DNA of 53,240 nucleotides from Octopus bimaculoides (GCF_001194135.2 NC_068986.1:114525398-114578637); one strand, 5' to 3'; shown: positions 1 through 12,600, numbered from the stretch's first letter. The notes: a model not told the origin generated them from the sequence alone. Translations and numbers: made by a program.

Positions 1-149
1 ATATATATATATATATATATATATATACATGCACATATATATATATATACACACACTTACAAACATACTCACACACATACAAAGTTACGCACACACGCAC
101 ACACACACACACACACACAAAGCTATCATCACACGCGCCTATCACTGAG

Positions 150-501
150 TTTCCGATTGCTCCAACTGGAGGAAATGCTCACTCGATATGGCTGAGGACC
201 ATGTATTTAGTGCTGTCCATGTTAGGACCCTGAGTGTACCATTTTAAAGGAGCCAAGTTGCTACTTGAACTCAGAACGGATGCTACAAAAATATCTCACG
301 GCGCTTATGCAATTCGCCACAGCACACACATACATACGCACGTGTTTCTGTGTGCGTTTGCGGGTGTATATAAGCGTACACGCGTGCTTATATACACACG
401 TATTTGTATCGTTTGCCTTGTGTTCTCCTGAGACCATGTTTTCTCGTATCTTAGCACACGGCGCTCCGCTCCAGTATGGCCTTAGCCGTGGTGGCTGAAA
501 C
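150..501 (+). mobile_element. Diverged SINE-like element ending in the CR1-type 3' tail
   Basis: 460-501 GGCGCTCCGCTCCAGTATGGCCTTAGCCGTGGTGGCTGAAAC resembles the tail at 36013-36051 and 39053-39090. It has an internal CA/TA-rich tract. The 5' boundary is approximate. Confidence 0.45.
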
Positions 502-866
502 TGAACCCAAAAGTCGCGCGTGCGCACCCACCTACTCACATAAATTAACACACACAGACACGTGCACAGACACACCTGTTTAAACAGGTTTCTATTTATG
601 TATATACATATATACACATATGAGCACGTGCGCCCGTGTGGGTGTAAGTGTGTGTGTGTGTGTGTGTGTGCACGCGTGCATATATTCACAGATTTAGATT
701 CAGCTATAAACATACTGGTCAACCATCAACTCACACACGTGGATAACTATTTACACACACTCACACACACACACACACACACATACACACACACACACAC
801 CCAGCCTATCATCAATTAACATACACATACCTACCTACAACCCTGAATATTCAAACATAGACAGCC

Positions 867-921
<55 letters not shown>

Positions 922-931
922 NNNNNNNNNN

Positions 932-982
<51 letters not shown>

Positions 983-1223
983 CATGCATACACACACACT
1001 ATTAGGCAGAACGTTTAAAGATGAAATTGGCCCATATTTGTTGCTGTCTTTGTGGGAAACAGGAAGTTTTCATTTATGGTAGAATCAATACAGTGTCCTA
1101 CAAAATACATTGTCGCATTCAGTTACCTCTTTTTATGTTCTGAGGTCAAATCCCTTCAAAGACAACTGTATTCTTTACATTTTCTGGGACCAAGGAGACA
1201 AGTACAACTCAATATGTGTGAAC

Positions 1224-1270
<47 letters not shown>

Positions 1271-1662
1271 CGTGCGTGCGTGAGAGAGAGAGAGAGAGAG
1301 ATGAATCTGTCTTTCTTCCATGAAGTTTCAGGTGGTCGACTAACTAATTTACCTGCTCCTGAAGTAGCATATAAGTGGTTGAGTATTTTAGTCAAGTGTC
1401 CCGTTAACATAATTCTCAGACAGAAGCAATATGACAGAATGTCTGTGTGTGACAAGATAAACCATCCGAAGGGCTTCAGTACAGTTTCTGACAATTCAGT
1501 TATTTTAATAGAGTATGGGTCGATCTGATGCTACCGCTGAGATACTTGCTTAATGTTCCATTCAGTGGGATGCGATCGAACCCAGAATTATGTATTAGCG
1601 ATACGAACTTCTAAATCACACAGTCATGTCTCCTACTCTAAAACTCTAAAAANNNNNNNNNN

Positions 1663-1695
<33 letters not shown>

Positions 1696-1708
1696 ATGTA
1701 TGTATAAA

Positions 1709-2028
1709 TGGCCCTCTGTCTTATCCGACGTCGAGAGTGTTCCAATTGATCCAACGGAACAGCTTGCTCGTGAAATTAACGTGCAAGTGACTGAACACTC
1801 CACAGTCACGTGTACTCTTAACGTAGTTCTCAGGGTGACTCAGCGTGAAACAGAGAGTGACAAGGCCGGTCCTTTGAAATACAGGTACTACTCATTTTCG
1901 CCAGATGAGTGAACTGGAGCAACGTAAAATAGAATGTCTTGCTCAAGGACACGACGCGTCGCTTGGAATTAAACTCACAACCTTACGATCGAGAGTCGAA
2001 TACCCTAACCACGAAGCCACGCGCCTAC
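1709..2028 (-). mobile_element. tRNA-derived SINE (family C), near full length
   Basis: Minus strand starts GTAGGCGCGTGGCTTCGTGGTTAGGGTATTCGACTC (A-box-like), followed by a B-box-like GAGTTTAATTCC and GTGTCCTTGAGCAAGACA. Segment 1727-1888 is homologous to 21745-21897. Confidence 0.8.
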
Positions 2029-2043
2029 ACAGACATATATGTT

Positions 2044-2430
2044 ATCATCATCATCGTTTAACGTCCGCTTTCTATGCTGGTATGGGATGGACGGTTTGAT
2101 ATGGAGCTGACCAGACTCCAAATGTTGTGGCATGGTTTTTACGGTTGGATGCCTTTGCTAATGCCAACCACTTAACAGAGTGCGCTGAGTACTTTTTCCG
2201 TACCACTGGCACGGTTGCATCTACGCAGCACCGGCACAGGTGCGTTTATGCAGCACCGGTACGGACGCTTTTTATGTGGCACCGGCACTGAAAGGGAAGG
2301 CCTGTATTTGTGGAAGACAACGATTGTACATAGCTCGATGCGTCTAATCAAGCACAACAAATCGTCACATCTCCCGGCCCCTTCTCATTTCCTCCGTGAG
2401 GCCCAGCGTCCGAAGATCCTTTGTCACCAG
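2044..2430 (-). mobile_element. RTE-clade LINE 3' end (ORF C-terminus, 3' UTR, (GAT)n tail)
   Basis: Minus translation near 2350-2428 gives VTKDLRTLGLTEEMRRGREM*RFVVL, RTE C-terminus-like. The UTR has ~27-bp GCACCGGCAC-containing repeats and the terminus reads (CAT)n-CGTTTAACGTCCGCTTTC on the + strand. Confidence 0.75.
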
Positions 2431-2443
2431 TATGCCTTTTTGG

Positions 2444-2512
<69 letters not shown>

Positions 2513-2569
2513 CTTCAACTTATGTAGGAAAACACTACTACTACTGCCACCTCTACCACTACTACTAGT

Positions 2570-2770
2570 AGATGAATGGCGGAATCGAGAGTGCATCGAA
2601 CAAAATAGCTTGCGATATTTATCTACTTGATTGTGACGTTTACGATCTGGGTTCAAAAATCTCGACCGAGGTCGTCTTTACCTTTCGTCCTCTTGGGGAT
2701 CAATAAATAAAGTACCAGTCAAGTATTAGGATGGACATAATCGACTAATCCTTCTGGTAATATTTCTTGA
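2570..2770 (+). mobile_element. Degenerate tRNA-derived SINE (family D)
   Basis: GGCGGAATCG...GGTTCAAAAATCTCGACCGAGGTCGTCTTTACCTTTCGTCCTCTTGGGGATCAATAAATAAAGTACCAG, the same body as at 6514, 10270 and 27405. Confidence 0.65.
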
Positions 2771-2994
2771 CTATTGCATGTTGTATCAAGTGCAAGTGGT
2801 TGTTGCTGTTGTAGCTGTTGGTATCACGCTGATGGTGTTTAACCTCGGTTGGGCCAAATCAAGCAGATCTACGATCAAATGCGATTCAGTCATGACCCTC
2901 CCGTCTGGACTTTTGCCCCATACACTTGACAACTACAACATTCTAGGTACTTTAAAGAGAATCTGGCTGCTGTTTCTCACACCCACTTAATTGG

Positions 2995-3100
2995 CTTACA
3001 ATCATCTTCATAATCATTATAATTATCAACATCGTCATCATGATCATCACAATTATCATCGTCAGCAGCAGCAGTAGCAGCAGCAGTTGAAGGAGCAACT

Positions 3101-3163
<63 letters not shown>

Positions 3164-3660
3164 ATCTGTTAATTACCACTGTTCAGAGACAACCCGGCTG
3201 GTAAGGTGGGTGTGTCCACTTTCATTTAGTAAATCGCCTTGATTGAATTGCTTCGTCTTTCGGCTAATGTTAATGAGAATGATGGTGCTGGTGGTAATGG
3301 TGGTGATGGGTGTAATGGTGGTGGTAGTAGTTGTAAGGAGAGTGGTGGTGATGGTAAATAGGAAGAGTGTGGTGGTTAGGATAATGATGATGATGATGAC
3401 GGAGATGACGATTTTGTTGAAGTTGATGGAGCTGATAGTAATCATGATGATTATGATGATGACGACGACAACGACATGATGATGGTCATGATGATCATGA
3501 TGATACTGCTTGTGGTGTTAGTAGTGGTAGTGTGGTAGTGGTTGGTGGTGACGGTGGTAGCGATGATGTTATTGATTGTGTTGGTCATGATGATGATTCT
3601 GGTTGACCGTGATGATGATGATGATGATAGTAGTTATGATTATTATAACAGTGATGGCGG
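2995..3660. repeat. Mosaic trinucleotide low-complexity block (CAT/CAG/TAG, then GTG/GAT)
   Basis: Visible directly; it produces the poly-L, poly-T and poly-M/V ORFs in the track. Confidence 0.9.
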
Positions 3661-4306
3661 CCATTTTAGAATTATAATCTAGGAAACAACATCCCTGCGC
3701 GGGGCGACTTGATGAGAAAGTCCCTCAGCATAGGAATGAACGTCGCAATATCTACTTAACCTTCTCTTTCATACACTAAACATCACACTCAAATCTTAGA
3801 CCATGAATTCAATTATGTCCTGAGTTGGCAAACCACCTTCATCTTTTCCATTTGATCGATAAAAATACCGGTAATTTTCTGAGTCAAATACCCCCTCCCC
3901 CATCATCATCATATTTGAGCAAACGAAAGAGAGATACACGTGGCCGCTTGGCCTGCTAGTAATGACAGCCGAACCTTCAAACAAATCACACACCGTCGAG
4001 AGGCTGGTCGCATGACATGGTTCATCGTCAGGCGGACTGAACTACTAAATACAGTCAAGGTAATCGTAATAAACGTTATTCTCCTCTCGAAGTTTAGGTG
4101 TGCCGTTCAGAAAGTTCCGCGGGTCGCAGTTTGCCCATGACTGGTCTAAAACAATGTAAGATACATCGGATAATGTAACCATAGTCAAGAGGGTCGTGGC
4201 TGGAATTGACTACTGTGATCCTTGATCTGCTAGAAACAGTAGCCAAAAATAAACACGCTTATTATTAGATTAGTGTTTCTGATGATAGGGTTATTTATTA
4301 TTACTA

Positions 4307-4347
<41 letters not shown>

Positions 4348-4689
4348 CATGACACATTAATTATGAAAACACTGGAGCACTTAGTAGAGGCATTTTACTT
4401 AAGTTATGTTTTAAAGTTTGAAATTTAGGGAAGAAATAGGAAGAGTAACTATTGCTTACCTTATCTTATTATTATGAGTCTTGTGTTTCGAATCACTCGA
4501 GCTAAGTACGGATCTTTTAAAAACTTTAAATCTGCGGCACTGTTGGATACCAGTTGCGAGGCACCTGGTTATTCTTTGAGACGTACCTAGATATCCCTTG
4601 TAACATACCTGGCCCTTTGCGTCGTACTGATTGAGAGCTGCTCCAATTGATAATATGAGTGTTGGCTACATTATTTAAAATCTTACACA

Positions 4690-4960
4690 GAACGGTCATA
4701 GATGGAACACTTTGATCATAAATTTTGTTGGATTTGAGATGACTTGGAGGTTAAAGAGCTACAATTGTAATAAATGTTCGACATGCTAGAAACAGCAGCC
4801 AAATCTCTCTCAAAGCACATGCGATCGTCTTTTATAGCGAAAAGACACATTAGGTAATATAGTCATAGAGTGATGGGATGAACATAGCTGGAATGCCTCC
4901 CGAGCTTAACTTCAGATCAACCCCTGCTCGAAGAGGGTTGCTATGGATTTAAACAACAAC
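4690..4960 (-). repeat. Old unclassified interspersed repeat (family E; motif GCTAGAAA(C/T)AGCAGCCAAAT)
   Basis: Related degenerate copies lie at about 4150-4260 (-), 5650-5870 (+), 11185-11370 (+), 14840-15340, 17520-17935 (+), 18900-19090 (+) and 32275-32420 (-). They share GATTTGAGGGAGATTT..CTGCTATTTCTAGCA and ATCAAAGGCATTCCAGC-like motifs. Confidence 0.55.
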
Positions 4961-6513
4961 CATGACTGCGACATCATGATTACCGTTTATGTAAACGCCG
5001 GACTAAAATTAAGAAGTACCATCTATGTTTATAAGTTCAAATATGGACACGGTACACTTTGCCTTTCATCATTCTGGGATCGTTACAGTTCTAAACATGT
5101 AATAAGAGACGATTTAATTAAATGAAGCTCCTTCCGAACAATGTTGCTTTGCTGTGCCAGTTCAAAAGACAATACTTTGTCCCTGTCTTCTCCGATAGTC
5201 AAAATCAGCAAACAATCGGATAAAAATATCCTATAGTGCTTAGTCAAGTCTTTTTACTCCCTGAGTCTATCAAGATGAATTCAACCTTTCGTTATTTCTT
5301 CGAAGTGTGGTGGTGCTAGACAAAGTTGTATGTCTGTATGTTATGTATGCTCGCATGTATGCACGCACACACACACATACATACACACACACACACACAA
5401 TATCTATATGCTTCTGGTGCCCATAATAAGTAATTCTCATATTCAAGGGTCGCTCTAATCCACCACTCCCACTGCTACTTCTCATCAAAAGGATTAATGT
5501 TGGTGGTGGAGAAAAGTGTAAAGAGCTGGACTTAAAATGTCTCGTTACGTAGTTGAGATGGTGTTGTTATTGTATATTTTGTTGTTGTAATGATAGTATA
5601 ATTATTACTGCTGCTGTTGTTATTAGTTATTTTACTGCTGTTGTAGTAGTTGTTATTGTTTAACTCCACATCAACTCTGACCTGGCAGAACCGCGCTCAA
5701 GGATTTTAACGGAGACCATCCCGTTTATTTTTTTTTAGAGACAATTAGCATTACATTATGTATTGTACCGTTTCCTTTTTATATAAGATAGTATAATGGG
5801 ATTTGAGGGAGATTTAACTGCTCTATTTTCCAGCACGGTGAGCAACAGCGTTGAGGTTCTCTCATTGAATAATCAAATCTAAACAGTTATATCGGCGGGC
5901 GTGAGGTAGGTAGATCAATGAAAAAAGCACCTGGAACATATTCAGATCAATATATGTGCTTATCTATTACGAAATAGCTCTCATATCTTGGATAAAAGAA
6001 GGAAAGAAATATCAAAAAATGAAAATAATAATAATAATGTGGAGTATTTTCATGATCCGGTTTCGTTTCACACTACAAATGTATATCGTTTATTATTGTT
6101 AATGGCTCTTGGTTGGGCGGGGTAAAGTAATGAAGCCTTACAGTCGTCCATTTTCTTCAACGTTAACAAATATATAAAACCTTGTTACCTAAGCCAGAAC
6201 TGACAATTAAGAAAACATTGATGATGTACCGGAGTAATATAGGGTTGTATGGTAATCCCAAATCACCTTATGTGATTGTTCCTATCTCCATTTCATGGGC
6301 TCCTATTTTTGTCTAATACTGTTAGCATTATTATCTATTTATTAATGTGTCTTTATTGGTATTGTTGATCTCACATTTTTACTCCATGTTAATTCCTCCT
6401 AGTGTTTCTTTCACTGATTTTTTTTCCTTCGTGTTTCACCGTTATAACCATCCCCAACGTTTAAGGACTTTGTAGACAATAAAAGAAATTATTATTATTA
6501 TTATTATTATTAT

Positions 6514-6760
6514 GAAGGTGGCGACCAGGCAGAGTCGTTAGTGCGTCGGGCAAAACGCCTAGCGTCTATTCTTCTGGTTCTTTATTTTGTGACCAACTTC
6601 ATCTTTCCGTTGTCTTCTGGTTCTATGTTTTGTGGTTAACTTTATCTTTCGTCTTTCTGTAGTCGCTAAAATAAAGTACCAGTCAAGAACTGGGGTCGAT
6701 GTAAGCGACTGGCCTCCTCTCCCTAGAATTGCTAGCCTTTTACCGGAAGTTGAAACGTTA
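6514..6760 (+). mobile_element. tRNA-derived SINE (family D) with internal tandem duplication
   Basis: GAAGGTGGCGACCAGGCAGAGTCGTTAG head and AAATAAAGTACCAGTCAAGAACTGGGGTCGATGTAAGCGACT body. TCTTCTGGTTCT..TTTTGTG..AACTT.ATCTTTC occurs twice in tandem. Confidence 0.7.
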
Positions 6761-7190
6761 TATATATAAACGATATATATATAATAATTTTCCCAGAGGA
6801 TGTAGCAACCGTTACCAATATAGCATAAGAACTTACCTTAGGAGAACNNNNNNNNNNNNNNNNNNNNNNNNNNNNNNNNNNNNNNNNNNNNNNNNNNNNN
6901 NNNNNNNNNNNNNNNNNNNNNNNNNNNNNNNNNNNNNNNNNNNNNNNNNNNNNNNNNNNNNNNNNNNNNNNNNNNNNNNNNNNNNNNNNNNNNNNNNNNN
7001 NNNNNNNNNNNNNNNNNNNNNNNNNNNNNNNNNNNNNNNNNNNNNNNNNNNNNNNNNNNNNNNNNNNNNNNNNNNNNNNNNNNNNNNNNNNNNNNNNNNN
7101 NNNNNNNNNNNNNNNNNNNNNNNNNNNNNNNNNNNNNNNNNNNNNNNNNNNNNNNNNNNNNNNNNNNNNNNNNNNNNNNNNNNNNNNNNN

Positions 7191-7254
<64 letters not shown>

Positions 7255-7335
7255 TATGTGTGTATATGTTTGTGTCTATGTGTAGGCTTGTATGCATATA
7301 TGTATACAAGTGTGTCTATAAATATATATGCACCT

Positions 7336-7369
<34 letters not shown>

Positions 7370-7479
7370 GTGTATGCGAGAGAGGGGAAGAAACAGAGAG
7401 ACACCTGAAAACTCCTGGTGAACAATTTGGTTGAACGGTGAACAGAGACCAAAAACAAAAAGAAAAAAAGAAAAGAAAA

Positions 7480-7860
7480 TATGTTATTATTATTATTATA
7501 ATGGTGGTGCTTGTAAGTCAATGCCGCTGTTATTGTTACTCTTGTCGCCGCCATTGTTAATTGTTGCTTCTGTTACTGCTGTTGCTAATGTAACTGTTGC
7601 TGTTGCTATTGTCATTGTTGCTGTTGCTACTGTTGTAGCACTTGTGATTGTTGCTACCGGTGGCTGTTGCTGGGCTGTTGTTGTTGTTGTTGCTACTGTT
7701 CTTACCGTTGTCGTCAATGTGATATCTGTTTTGTCTTAACTACTGCTGTTGCCATTGTTAAGCATCGCGACATTAATTGATGTTGTTCTTAATTCTACGA
7801 CTGTTGTTGTCACCGTGATTGTTGCTCTTTAAAATATTTATTACTGATTAGCGATGTGGT
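7480..7860. repeat. (GTT/GCT)-rich cryptic trinucleotide repeat
   Basis: Visible directly; source of the poly-V and poly-T ORFs. Confidence 0.85.
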
Positions 7861-8058
7861 TGTGGTGATCTAATTAATAGTAGTTGTCAGGGCGCAAGGT
7901 GGTAGGTGAGATAGCCAAATTTTTTGACAAGCTGTGACCAACAGAGAAACTGACACACGGACACAAACACAAGATGAATTGCTTTCGTACACATATTAAT
8001 AGAAAATGAGATTTTTACATAGCTACATACACACGCGTACGCACGTTCACACACGCAC

Positions 8059-8108
<50 letters not shown>

Positions 8109-8488
8109 ACACCAACTGGTAAACGTAACCAACACACGAACACAGAGACGCGTAGTTACATACATGTGTATTTGTACGTGTACTATATTCAATTTTACAT
8201 ACATACACACGCACACGTCATTGTACACATGTTGCTGTGTGTATAACAGTATTTCCATTTGAACATTTGCGTGCATGTGCAGGTATGTCATTGCGTATTT
8301 GTGTGTATGTACGTTTATGTAGGAAACTATATGTGCCGGTCTCATGTATAAATGTGTATTGTCTGTATGTACGTGCTGTATACATACAAACATGCATACA
8401 TATCTGTGTGTATACATTATATATATGTGTGTGTATATGTATGTGTATGTCTATACACACATTCTTTTCTTCTTTTATTCATTTACTT

Positions 8489-8659
8489 GTTTCAGTCATT
8501 TGACTGCAGCCATGCTGGAGCACCGCCTTTAGTCGAACTTATTCTTTGTAAGCCCAGTGCTTATTTTAACAGTCTCTTTTGCCGAACGGCTAAGTTACGG
8601 GAACAGGGAACATAAACACACCAACAACAGTTGTCAAGCGATGAGGGTGGGCAAACACA

Positions 8660-8700
<41 letters not shown>
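8489..8700 (-). mobile_element. SINE family A, 3' half
   Basis: GTTTCAGTCATTTGACTGCAGCCATGCTGGAGCACCGCC tail and body match 26788-27000 and 51681-51870; the copy ends in the internal (CA)n. Confidence 0.85.
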
Positions 8701-8731
<31 letters not shown>

Positions 8732-9278
8732 TGAAACGTTAAAGACTTTCTGTATTCCCGAGCGTCAAACTAATACATCCTTTTGTTGTTTACACCACCT
8801 GTCCTCGTCTGTNNNNNNNNNNNNNNNNNNNNNNNNNNNNNNNNNNNNNNNNNNNNNNNNNNNNNNNNNNNNNNNNNNNNNNNNNNNNNNNNNNNNNNNN
8901 NNNNNNNNNNNNNNNNNNNNNNNNNNNNNNNNNNNNNNNNNNNNNNNNNNNNNNNNNNNNNNNNNNNNNNNNNNNNNNNNNNNNNNNNNNNNNNNNNNNN
9001 NNNNNNNNNNNNNNNNNNNNNNNNNNNNNNNNNNNNNNNNNNNNNNNNNNNNNNNNNNNNNNNNNNNNNNNNNNNNNNNNNNNNNNNNNNNNNNNNNNNN
9101 NNNNNNNNNNNNNNNNNNNNNNNNNNNNNNNNNNNNNNNNNNNNNNNNNNNNNNNNNNNNNNNNNNNNNNNNNNNNNNNNNNNNNNNNNNNNNNNNNNNN
9201 NNNNNNNNNNNNNNNNNNNNNNNNNNNNNNNNNNNNNNNNNNNNNNNNNNNNNNNNNNNNNNNNNNNNNNNNNNNNNN

Positions 9279-9329
<51 letters not shown>

Positions 9330-9596
9330 ATATTTATAATATATATATGTATTTATATATTATATGCATATATATATATATATATTTATACTCGCACACA
9401 CACACACATACGTTACATACGTACATACATCAGAGTGTTTCTGTGTATACATGTTTTTAGCATGTGTACGCGTAAAATATTGTTTATGTAATTGCTTTAA
9501 GTATATTTATGTGCATTATTCTTTTTTATTTTCTTCCCATTAATGCTTTTCTTTGACATGTTATTATTATGGGGAAAAATATTTTTATCATTATCA

Positions 9597-9648
<52 letters not shown>

Positions 9649-9679
9649 CATTACTATCATTATTATTGTTGTTGTTATT

Positions 9680-10241
9680 GAGCGAGGGAGCAGCGCATGC
9701 CATCCAAGTGACACTGGAGTAGAAATATACGAAGCCCAATATACCCATCAAGACTACCCGTCTGATATGGGTACACCAGGCACATGCATGAGAACCATAT
9801 ATGCGTGACATGGTCATTTCATATCAAGATAAACAGCGCATGACCTTGCAGGTGGAGCCCAGTTAGAATTTTCTTCAAGTCGAGTAGCCTATCCCGCTCA
9901 AAAGGTCCCTGAATAAGGATCGTTTAAGTATGTTAAACGAAACACCCATGTTTCCAGAGGTGAATTATTCAAACCTTTAAGAATTCCTCTGAACACATGG
10001 TTATGATGTTCCCCCACTACTTCTGCTCGTGATCAGAGATGCACATATTTTCAGCCACCAAGGGATATGCTCACCTAGTTAAGGTCAGTCGTTTAACTGA
10101 CATGCATTTCAGTGGTATTTAGCAGAATACTTGCTATAGCCCATCTTTTATACGAAGACAAAACATGTACATGATAACACTTTTAATCAATGAAGATCAA
10201 AAACCATGGGAGCCAGTGTCTGGTATTGTATCAGGGCATTT
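9680..10241 (+). repeat. ~560-bp unclassified interspersed repeat (family F), copy 1; strand arbitrary
   Basis: Homologous to 21957-22362 in the opposite orientation (for example TATACCCATCA.GACTACCCGTCTGATATGGGTACACCAGGCA). Flanked by (ATT)n on both sides. Confidence 0.8.
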
Positions 10242-10269
10242 ACTATTATTATTGTTATTGTTGTTGTTG

Positions 10270-10430
10270 TGGTCGGCTTTGCTTTCATCCTTTCGGGGTT
10301 GATAAATAAAGTACCAGTGAAACACTGGGGTCGACGTAATCCCCCAAAATGACTTCCCTTGTGGCAAAATTTGAAACCATTATTATTATTATTATTATTA
10401 CTATTATTATTATTATTATTATCATTATTA

Positions 10431-10502
<72 letters not shown>

Positions 10503-10600
10503 GTGACCAATAGAATAAGTACCAGCTGAGTAGTGAAGGTCGATGTAATCGACTATCTTCCCCTCCCAAATTTCAGGCCTTGTGACTATAGTAGAAAGGA
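10270..10600 (+). mobile_element. Two 5'-truncated SINE family D bodies separated by an (ATT)n microsatellite (10378-10501)
   Basis: CTTTCATCCTTTCGGGGTTGATAAATAAAGTACCAG at about 10283-10318 and AATAAGTACCAGCTGAGTAGTGAAGGTCGATGTAATCGACT at about 10513-10553. Confidence 0.7.
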
Positions 10601-10975
10601 TTACAACTACTACAGCTACTAATATTACTACTACTATCTCTATCAAACTCATCGCCATTATTAGGTATTCTAACTAGTAAAAGGAATTATTCAGAGTATA
10701 AATTATATACCACAAGTACTACATAGTGTGTGTGAGCGAGAGTGTGTGCATATATATAATACATATATACATATATTTCATATACATATTATTATACACA
10801 TATATATTATGTGTGTGTATCGTTTATGAGTCTATATATGTGTATGCATGCATGTATACCCATACGAACATTTATAAACATATACATAGATAATAACGAT
10901 TATATGTGTAAACACACACATACACACACACACGTGTATTCTCTCTTTCTCTCCCTTTCTTTCTCTCTCTCTCTC

Positions 10976-11020
<45 letters not shown>

Positions 11021-12153
11021 GTCACACACACACTCTCTCGTATATATGCATGTGTTTATGCATATGCAGATGTGCGTGTGTAAGCACATTCTCATTCATA
11101 CACACACACACGCACAAACAAACAAACAAACAAACACACACACACACACACAAACACACACAAGATCGTAATCCATGTAATATTTTGCCCTTGATTAACC
11201 CAAGGTCTGGCTTGCTCTAACAAATCTATGACAAGAAACACTCCAGTTGTTATCCTTCTGTCCTTATTTTCGTAAATACTTTGTGCAGCCTTTTTTTCTA
11301 AGACAATAGGATGTGATTTGAGGTAGATATGCTGCTACTTTTAACAGGCTGCCCGCACAACATACAGGCTCCCAAAACGACAATAATACATGTGCGTATT
11401 GATATACATAAGAATGTACGAACATTTATGCACCTGTTTGTGTGTGTATGTTTATGTGTGTTTGTGTGTGTTCGTGCGTGTGTGAGTGCATGAATGTATG
11501 TTGTTAATTAGTTTTATTTCTATATTTCTTACCTATGGAGAAAGAGCCGGTTTCTAACCTAGATTCAAAGCTCCTTCACTGAAATTTCAACATCAACCAG
11601 GTTATTGAGCATGTATGTTTTTATATGTGCAAGTATTTGAAGTCAATGCATGTGATGGATACTTCATGTATGTATGTATGTATGTATGTATGTATGTATG
11701 TATGTATGTATGTATAGGCATTACTAGGCCGAATGTTCAAGACGATGGTTTTGCAATCACTAGGTCCCGTGTTCAATCCCATTGTCTACGTAGTCTCATG
11801 TGACACAAGTTTTGTTGGTAAAATTGGGGAAACTACGTCCCACGCTGATTCTACTCGAGAATTGCATTCATAGTACACTTCCCTGTGGATTATTCAATGG
11901 CTTACACGTTAATTGAATAAAAAAGTAGTTCAGTGGATCGTACAGTTGAATACCCTTCCTCGAAACAGGTGGAACATTTTTCTGTGTATGCATGAGCTTA
12001 TATGCATGTAAGTGTATAGATTAACAATTTGAATTCTTCCTTACGAAGAGGCAAATGGACAAAGAAACAAAGCTCCGTCGCAGGAATTTAAATAGCAACA
12101 ATGAAAAGTTGCATGTAGAACCTTTGTTGCACATTTTATTGTTCCACTTACAG

Positions 12154-12197
12154 AATGTATATGAATTTTGTGAATTTAGAATCTGGATAGAGAAAAT
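12154..12197 (+). other. Candidate 44-nt internal exon of an unidentified host gene
   Basis: Acceptor TTTTATTGTTCCACTTACAG, donor AAT|GTAGGT, one open frame (NVYEFCEFRIWIEK). No homology recognised. Confidence 0.2.
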
Positions 12198-12511
12198 GTA
12201 GGTCTCCAAGTAGTTGTCCGTCAATATTCTCCTACTTTCCGATTTTCAAAGAAATGTTCATATATGCAGATCAGCTGACCTCGCTAACTGCGAAATTAGG
12301 CGATCGAACGCAGAGATATGGCGTGGTCTATCCATTTGGCACGATCTTTTTGGCGCCAACCTATTTGGCGACAGACATTTTGACGCTATGATATAATTTG
12401 TTTGATTAATTCATCATGATTCAAAGATACAAATGTAAAGAAATAATATACGTAAAACAAAAAAAAACATAATTTACCTGTATATATTTATATATATACA
12501 CACACACACAC

Positions 12512-12556
<45 letters not shown>

Positions 12557-12566
12557 NNNNNNNNNN

Positions 12567-12600
<34 letters not shown>

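Noticed and set aside
2952-3179. Poly-Leu signal-peptide-like ORF and opposite-strand poly-Gln/Ser reading
   Set aside because: Derived entirely from (CAG)n and (TAG)n repeats; no splice or coding context.
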